DNA of 32,000 bases from an uncultured bacterium (GTDB taxonomy: Bacteria > Margulisbacteria > WOR-1 > CAVSGV01). Below the pieces are notes generated by a model. That model did no database searches. It was given only the letters and a program-made list of their open reading frames with translations, and was not told where the DNA came from. Location: the NCBI GenBank assembly GCA_963699255.1, contig OY969425.1, forward strand, positions 420,001 through 452,000. Direction: 5' to 3'. Positions 26,571 through 32,000 of this stretch are shown here, one piece after another; position 1 is the stretch's first letter; each line of letters starts with the position of its first letter. The position numbers and the translations under genes were made by a program.

Positions 26571-27679
26571 TTTCTTGATCTCTCTATCAGGGCCTCAAGC
26601 TCTGATACGATCTTCGGCAGCCTCTCCCTCATTACTATCTCAAGGGCTTCGCCTTTTCTTAAACCGAGGATATAGGTCAAGAGAAATTTTGGAGATAAGG
26701 TCTTTCTTAAGAAGCTCAGGTGTCTGTCTTCGTCAGCCTCGTTCTCAAAGAGAAGCGCACTCGTAATGCCGGTCAGGATGTTCCGCGGCGTGAATCCGAG
26801 AGAAAGACATATCTGCGCGGCCCCGATCAATCTGCCTTCCAGATCAAGCTTCCTGAGAGGTTCCCTTGCCACACGGGATATGGGATCGTGCAGAAGGACG
26901 TTCGAGAACCTCTGGAGCTCTTTTTCCGCGTACCAGTCAAGGAACGAGTGGGGGATGTCCCATTTCAGCTTGAGAGCCGTCAGCATCTCCTTCATAGCTC
27001 CGGAAACTATTTTCCTGTTGTCGGGATAATTCATTGATTCGTGTATGTAAGTCGCTCCCACCAGCGCTCCCAGATATGCCGTTATGCAGTGAGGCGTGTT
27101 ATGCAGGTACAGCTTTGCGGTCCATTGTTTGTTCAGCTCCGCCTGAGTGCAGAAATTCATATTTCCTTTTATGCCCTTTGCCCCTTCATCAATGAACATT
27201 ACTCCGTCCTCGGTTATTATTGAAAGAGGGTCTTTGGCCAGTAACTCGGCGGATGCCGTGTTGGACGTGATTACGTCGGGCACCGCAAAATACACCCTTT
27301 CATAGTTCAATGCGTTCCGGACCAGCGTGACGGTCTGGGGATCGTTCTCGCTGAGTATGACGGGACATTTCACGCCGGTAAGGCAGGCGGCGGCGGAAAG
27401 CGCGTTACGCGGACCCACGTTCATGAAAACGGCCTCGGCTCTAGTATGGTCGGACATCCGGAACTCAGAATGGTGATAAGCGGCTTTTACGTTCACAATC
27501 AGTTCTTCAAGCTTGTTGTTCTTTGCCTTATAAGAGTGGTATTTTTTCCGTTCGTTGAGGCTTTTCACCAGATCCCTGTTGGCATCGACGAAAATGAATT
27601 CATACTGTCCTTTTTCAAATATCCAAGGGAGGTAGCCTCTACCGATCGCCCCGGCGCCGAGAATGATGATTTCTTTCAT
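26567..27679 (-). CDS. Mannitol-1-phosphate 5-dehydrogenase-like (MtlD / mannitol dehydrogenase family) oxidoreductase
   Basis: IIILGAGAIGRGYL (compare MtlD HFGAGNIGRGF), LHNTPHCITAYLGALVG (compare LNTGHAITAYLG), ISRVAREPLRKLDLEGRLIGA (compare VERVGRQPLRKLSAGDRLI). Start refined to the ATG at 27679 (MKEIIILGAG), 4 nt after the upstream stop. Confidence 0.7.
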   Translation of the reverse strand: MKEIIILGAGAIGRGYLPWIFEKGQYEFIFVDANRDLVKSLNERKKYHSYKAKNNKLEELIVNVKAAYHHSEFRMSDHTRAEAVFMNVGPRNALSAAACLTGVKCPVILSENDPQTVTLVRNALNYERVYFAVPDVITSNTASAELLAKDPLSIITEDGVMFIDEGAKGIKGNMNFCTQAELNKQWTAKLYLHNTPHCITAYLGALVGATYIHESMNYPDNRKIVSGAMKEMLTALKLKWDIPHSFLDWYAEKELQRFSNVLLHDPISRVAREPLRKLDLEGRLIGAAQICLSLGFTPRNILTGITSALLFENEADEDRHLSFLRKTLSPKFLLTYILGLRKGEALEIVMRERLPKIVSELEALIERSRK

Positions 27680-27683
27680 GTTA

Positions 27684-29171
27684 TTAAAGGTTTTCCCCCA
27701 GCTGCCAGGGAACGAATTCTTCTCTGTCCAGCCCTTGAGATTCATTAGAGGTCTTTGTTCCGTTAGCTGTCTTCAGGAAAAAATTATATATCTCGCGCCC
27801 TGCTTCAGCAAGGTTGTTTTGGTGCAGGGATCTTCCGGCGTCGATGTCCATATCGTTCTTTAGCCTGTTATAAAGTTCCGAGGTAGAGGCTATCTTTATC
27901 GTGGGCGCGATAGGGCAGCCGAACATCGAGCCTCTCCCGGTCGTGAAGGCGATAAGGTTGCAGCCGCCCGCCGCCATTCCCGTTACCGACACCGGATCGA
28001 AACCGGGCGTGTCCATGAAAACAAGGCCTTTCCTGGTGATGCGCTCTCCGTAATCGATAACCTGTTCGATAGGGGACGAGCCGCCTTTTTTGATCGCGCC
28101 AAGACTTTTTTCCAGTATTGTCGTGATCCCTCCCTCCAGGTTGCCCGGAGCTAGGTTATTGTTCATGCTGAAGCTGTTCTTTTCGGCCCATTCGTTCCAC
28201 CACGAAAATTTTTTCATCAGCCTGCGCCTGTCACTGTCTCTTACGCAGCGCCGAGCGAGATATTTTTCGGCTCCGAAACACTCCGGCGTTTCCCCCAGGA
28301 CAATAGTCCCGCCTTTGGAGACAAGAATATCCCCGGCCATTCCAAGGGCCTGATTGGCCGTTATCGCGGAGAATGCGTCGCTGCCTCCGCAGTTAAGTGC
28401 GACAGTAAGCATGGAAACGGGCAGGGCGGTCCTTTTGAGTTTCGGAAGCATGGAAATTATCCTGTTCAATCTGGCCATCCCGAGTTCGACAGCTTTTTTT
28501 GTTCCGCCCGCATCCTGAATATTGAAAGATTCAATAATGGGTCGTCCTGACCTCTCTTTTGCGCTCAAGCATGAATTTATGCTTTTTATCGTTATATCCT
28601 CGCATCCCAGACCGATGACCAGCGCCCCGACGACATTCGGATGATAGATCCATCCGGCAAGGGTCCTGTTCAGCAACCTGTCCGATAGACCGCCGATCGC
28701 CTGTGCGCATCCGCTGCCGTGCGTTACCGGTATTATGCCGTCTACATTTATCTTTGAAAGGTCCCTTTTTTCAAAGCAGCGGGCAACTTCTCTGACAACA
28801 CTTGCGGAGCAGTTAACCGATGATACTATGATAATGTAATTTCGCGTGCCCGCGCGGCCGTCTTTTCGAAGATACCCCTGGAAATGAGAGGGCAGGGCAT
28901 TCCCTTTTTTTACGGGCCCGGGTTTGGGCATTGAAAAACTCAGCTTGTCAGAAAAGGCCATGTTGTGAACATGCACGTGTTCGCCGGGCTTGATGTTCCT
29001 TGTGGCAAGGCCTATCGGCTGTCCGAGCTTTATTACCGGTTTTCCTGAACCGATGGGCCTGAGTGCGATCTTATGTCCTGCGGGAACGGTCTTATGCCTA
29101 GCGATAACAACTCCCACATTGTCTTTGGGATCAATCACGATGTAAGCATTGTTTATTATTTTATTGGTCAT
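27684..29171 (-). CDS. UxaA/GarD-family sugar-acid dehydratase (altronate/galactarate dehydratase family; SAF N-domain)
   Basis: DNVGVVIA...VPAGHKIALRPIGSGKPVIKLGQPIGLATRNIKPGEHVHVHNM is the N-terminal SAF signature of UxaA/GarD. 495 aa as in E. coli UxaA. Conserved Cys-containing core VNCSASV, GSGC, GLGCE. Confidence 0.8.
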   Translation of the reverse strand: MTNKIINNAYIVIDPKDNVGVVIARHKTVPAGHKIALRPIGSGKPVIKLGQPIGLATRNIKPGEHVHVHNMAFSDKLSFSMPKPGPVKKGNALPSHFQGYLRKDGRAGTRNYIIIVSSVNCSASVVREVARCFEKRDLSKINVDGIIPVTHGSGCAQAIGGLSDRLLNRTLAGWIYHPNVVGALVIGLGCEDITIKSINSCLSAKERSGRPIIESFNIQDAGGTKKAVELGMARLNRIISMLPKLKRTALPVSMLTVALNCGGSDAFSAITANQALGMAGDILVSKGGTIVLGETPECFGAEKYLARRCVRDSDRRRLMKKFSWWNEWAEKNSFSMNNNLAPGNLEGGITTILEKSLGAIKKGGSSPIEQVIDYGERITRKGLVFMDTPGFDPVSVTGMAAGGCNLIAFTTGRGSMFGCPIAPTIKIASTSELYNRLKNDMDIDAGRSLHQNNLAEAGREIYNFFLKTANGTKTSNESQGLDREEFVPWQLGENL

Positions 29172-29908
29172 AATCTGATTTTTAGCCCATCAAGCGCGGC
29201 GGTAGAATCGGCAAATATCTTTCTCGCCTGTATCTGAGCCGTCTCTCTCTCCCTGATCGTTTGATATTCATATGCGTCGAAATGCGTAAGGGCGAGTTTT
29301 CTTGAGCTTGAATTGACCGCGAGCTTTGCCGCAAGCTGCGGGTTCATGTGAGGCCAGTTCGGTGAAGTGCGTCCCGGCGCCAACGAGCATTCCGATATCA
29401 GAAGATCGGCATTTTTTGAAAGATCGACGGACGCCTTGCAGTATCCCGTATCGGTACAATAGCTTATTATTTTATCATCAATTTTGAACCTGTAGCCATA
29501 GCAGTCAGAGGCATGCTTAAGCTTTAAGCACCTGAATGTTACAGGATTTGAATTCCAGCCGATGCTGATATCATGGATCCTGCAGGGATATGACAGCCTG
29601 TTCGGCGGAATGGAGAATTTCCTGCCCAGGAAATTCGTGATCGTTCTCCTGGTGCCCGGCTGGCCGAAAATATCGAGCCTTTTGAAGTTGAACTTTGCGA
29701 GAACATGCAGCCCTTCAATATGATCAAGATGGAAATGGCTTAAAAAAAGATAGACCGGTTTGTTCTCTTTGATGTATCTGTCGGCTTTATAGATGCCGTT
29801 GCCCGCGTCAAGTATGATGTAGCATTTTTTTGCGTCAATAAGCGTGCATATTGTATTGCCTGTATTTGAATCATACCAGCCGTTAGTCCCCAGAAATATT
29901 ATTTTCAT
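29168..29908 (-). CDS. Metallo-beta-lactamase-fold hydrolase
   Basis: LSHFHLDHIEGL (HxHxDH), a downstream CTDTGY block (candidate metal-ligand Asp) and LTHFD. Confidence 0.8.
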   Translation of the reverse strand: MKIIFLGTNGWYDSNTGNTICTLIDAKKCYIILDAGNGIYKADRYIKENKPVYLFLSHFHLDHIEGLHVLAKFNFKRLDIFGQPGTRRTITNFLGRKFSIPPNRLSYPCRIHDISIGWNSNPVTFRCLKLKHASDCYGYRFKIDDKIISYCTDTGYCKASVDLSKNADLLISECSLAPGRTSPNWPHMNPQLAAKLAVNSSSRKLALTHFDAYEYQTIRERETAQIQARKIFADSTAALDGLKIRL

Positions 29909-30288
29909 GCAAAGCTCCAGAATTTTAGCCCAAAAAAGGTGAATAACGGGAGGAAAAAGATAAAGAACAACTGGGCGATCCTCGGGTCGATCTTCAAAAT
30001 CTCAACGAAGACCGGGAGAAGCGCCGCGTTTATCACAAGGGTCGCCGCATAGACGATTATGAACCTCGGAAGTTCTCTTTTGAAGTGATGCTCGGACGTG
30101 AAGACCCAGTATTTGTTCCAGAAATAGCTATTGAGAAGCCCGATGAAGAATGAGATCAGCAGAGCGATAAAATAGTGGAACTTAAGATACAGGAGCAGAT
30201 AATATATGCCATATCCGATGACGGTATTAGCTGCGCCGATGATCGCGAATTTAATGAGTTGAACAGAAATGTTGAATAGCCAGGGCAT
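29905..30288 (-). CDS. GtrA-family small membrane protein (polyprenyl-phosphate-sugar translocase family)
   Basis: 127 aa with four hydrophobic helices. KFAIIGAANTVIGYGIYYLL and NSYFWNKYWVF are typical GtrA blocks. Confidence 0.8.
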   Translation of the reverse strand: MPWLFNISVQLIKFAIIGAANTVIGYGIYYLLLYLKFHYFIALLISFFIGLLNSYFWNKYWVFTSEHHFKRELPRFIIVYAATLVINAALLPVFVEILKIDPRIAQLFFIFFLPLFTFFGLKFWSFA

Positions 30289-30307
30289 TACTGATCTTTT
30301 CCTTTTT

Positions 30308-31351
30308 TCACGCTTCCATATACTCCGATATTTGATCGATGCATACTTTTCTCATGTCTTTTTTCCCTTTGTAAGCGCGCGTCCATTGTGTGATATTATC
30401 GATGGCGCTTTCGATATCCACTTTAGGGCTCCATTTAAGGGCATCTTTTGCCTTTGAACTGTCGAGCATCAATAATCGGGTTTCATGCGGATGTTCCTTC
30501 TTGTCCACCACATATGAAGCATCTTTCCCCCATTTAGAGCAGAGCGTTCTGACAAGCCATTCAACGGTCTTCGCATCCTTATCAGCTGGGCCAAAGTTCC
30601 AGGCTTCGGCGTATCTCTGCCCGCCCTCATAAAGCTTGCGCGCCAGGATCAGGTATCCGTTTAGAGGATCCAGGACATACTGCCACGGCCTGATCGCTTT
30701 TGGGTTCCTTATGTGGATCTTTTCGCCTTTAAGTATGGCCCTGATGAAATCGGGCACCAGCCTGTCAACTCCCCAGTCGCCGCCGCCGATGACGTTGCCG
30801 GCCCTTGCTGTTGCCACAGCAATGCCGTTTTTCAAGAAAGAATCCCTGTAAGCGGAGGTTACGAGTTCGGAACAAGCCTTGCTGCTTGAATAAGGGTCAT
30901 ATCCTCCGAGCGGCTCGGTCTCTCTGTAGCCGGTCGTCTTTTCCTTGTTCTCATATATCTTGTCGGTCGTCACGTTAATGACGGCTCTTACGCTTGGACA
31001 GCTTCTGATCGACTCGAGGAGATTGACCGTTCCCATAATGTTCACGGCGTAGGTTTCAACGGGGTCCTTGTAAGACCTCCTGACCAGAGGCTGGGCAGCC
31101 ATATGGATAACGATCTCCGGCTTTGCCGCCATAATAGTTTTTTTCAATGATCCAAGATCCCGGATATCGGCTGTTATTGACCTGACAAGATCGTCCATCT
31201 TGCAAATTTCAAATAGACTGGGCTTTGTTGGAGGTTTAAGGGCGTATCCGGTCACTTTCGCTCCCAATAGATTCAGCCAGAGACAAAGCCAGGAGCCTTT
31301 GAATCCAGTGTGGCCGGTAATGAAGACCTTCTTGTTCTTCCAGAAGTTCAT
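30308..31351 (-). CDS. ddhB: CDP-glucose 4,6-dehydratase (RfbG/DdhB)
   Basis: FWKNKKVFITGHTGFKGSWLCLWL is the RfbG hallmark. YSSSKACSE catalytic YxxxK. ATGA overlap with the rfbF stop. Confidence 0.9.
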   Translation of the reverse strand: MNFWKNKKVFITGHTGFKGSWLCLWLNLLGAKVTGYALKPPTKPSLFEICKMDDLVRSITADIRDLGSLKKTIMAAKPEIVIHMAAQPLVRRSYKDPVETYAVNIMGTVNLLESIRSCPSVRAVINVTTDKIYENKEKTTGYRETEPLGGYDPYSSSKACSELVTSAYRDSFLKNGIAVATARAGNVIGGGDWGVDRLVPDFIRAILKGEKIHIRNPKAIRPWQYVLDPLNGYLILARKLYEGGQRYAEAWNFGPADKDAKTVEWLVRTLCSKWGKDASYVVDKKEHPHETRLLMLDSSKAKDALKWSPKVDIESAIDNITQWTRAYKGKKDMRKVCIDQISEYMEA

Positions 31352-32000
31352 TTCCAGACTTTCCAGGGAGCTTTATTGGAATTCCACAATTCATTCAGGT
31401 GATTTACGTCCCTCATGGTATCCATGCAGTGCCAGAATCCGTCGTGGCTGAAAACATTCAACTCACGTTCTTTTGTAAGCTTCTTTATAGGCTCTCTTTC
31501 AAAGAAACAATCTTTATCGCCGATATAATCAAAGCTTTCTTTTTTTAACGCGAAGAAACCGCCGTTTATGTAAGCATCAGTGACCTGAGGCTTTTCATGG
31601 AAATCCGATACAAGGCCGTCCTTTATGATAAGCTCGCCGAAACGGGATTCGGCATGAATTCCCGTAAGTGTCGCGATCTTGCCAGACCTGAGATGGAAGT
31701 CATAAAGCTTTTTTATGTCTATATCAGATACGCCATCGCCGTATGTGAGCATAAAATCATCGGTATCGACGTACTTTTCGATCTTCTTTATCCTTCCTCC
31801 GGTCATCGTGTTCTGCCCAGTATCAACAAGCGTGACATTGAATTTTTCACGGTCGGATTTTTTGTGTATGGTGACCTTCGCGCTAGAGCCGAACTGAAGA
31901 GTAAGGTCGTTGTTCAGCGCCTCGTAATTCAGGAAATACTCTTTTATCATGTCACCTTTATACCCCAGGCAAATAATGAAATCATTGAAACCGTGGCTCA
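31348..32000 (-). CDS. ddhA: Glucose-1-phosphate cytidylyltransferase (RfbF/DdhA), 5' end beyond the right window edge
   Basis: The frame stays open upstream of the track ATG (31950) to the window edge: ...SHGFNDFIICLGYKGDMIKEYFLNY (compare RfbF HGIKDFIICCGYKGYVIKEYFANY). Downstream: VTLVDTGQNTMTGGRI, LTYGDGVSDIDI, INGGFFAL, GFWHCMDTMRD, APWKVW. Confidence 0.9.
   Translation of the reverse strand, partial: SHGFNDFIICLGYKGDMIKEYFLNYEALNNDLTLQFGSSAKVTIHKKSDREKFNVTLVDTGQNTMTGGRIKKIEKYVDTDDFMLTYGDGVSDIDIKKLYDFHLRSGKIATLTGIHAESRFGELIIKDGLVSDFHEKPQVTDAYINGGFFALKKESFDYIGDKDCFFEREPIKKLTKERELNVFSHDGFWHCMDTMRDVNHLNELWNSNKAPWKVWK

Overview
The window is one continuous, single-strand (all minus) glycan/LPS biosynthesis super-cluster. 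It holds about 31 tightly packed CDS, many with 1-4 nt start/stop overlaps (ATGA, TAATG, TTGA). I found no rRNA/tRNA, no CRISPR, and no transposase, integrase or phage genes. All long plus-strand ORFs in the track look like antisense shadows. In transcription order (right to left) the modules are: (1) CDP-3,6-dideoxyhexose genes (rfbF/ddhA partial, rfbG/ddhB, later rfbH/ddhC) plus an acetolactate-synthase-like ThDP enzyme, a reductase and GtrA/GtrB-like genes, interrupted by an unusual block of MBL hydrolase, UxaA-family dehydratase, MtlD-like dehydrogenase, IMPase-family phosphatase and a second divergent RfbF; (2) a TagF-like phosphotransferase, a DUF362/4Fe-4S protein, an LpxB-like GT19 and an MsbA-like ABC exporter; (3) a lone LicC/MobA-like nucleotidyltransferase flanked by structured spacers; (4) a pseudaminic-acid-type nonulosonate core (pseB, pseC, epimerase, SpsF-type cytidylyltransferase, NeuB/PseI, PseG-like) with no PseH, but with WbqC-like and LmbE/PIG-L deacetylase genes; this is followed by three paralogous ATP-grasp ligases, a KduD-like SDR and an IolB/KduI-like cupin; (5) a GH57-like gene running off the left edge, which is absent from the ORF track. 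The best candidate for something undescribed is the deacetylase plus triple ATP-grasp tail on the nonulosonate core. Two genes (pseC and one ATP-grasp) carry single-nucleotide frameshifts. Only three intergenic spacers are structured, including a 62-nt palindrome built from heptamer repeats. All functional calls come from reading the translations for motifs; no database search was run.
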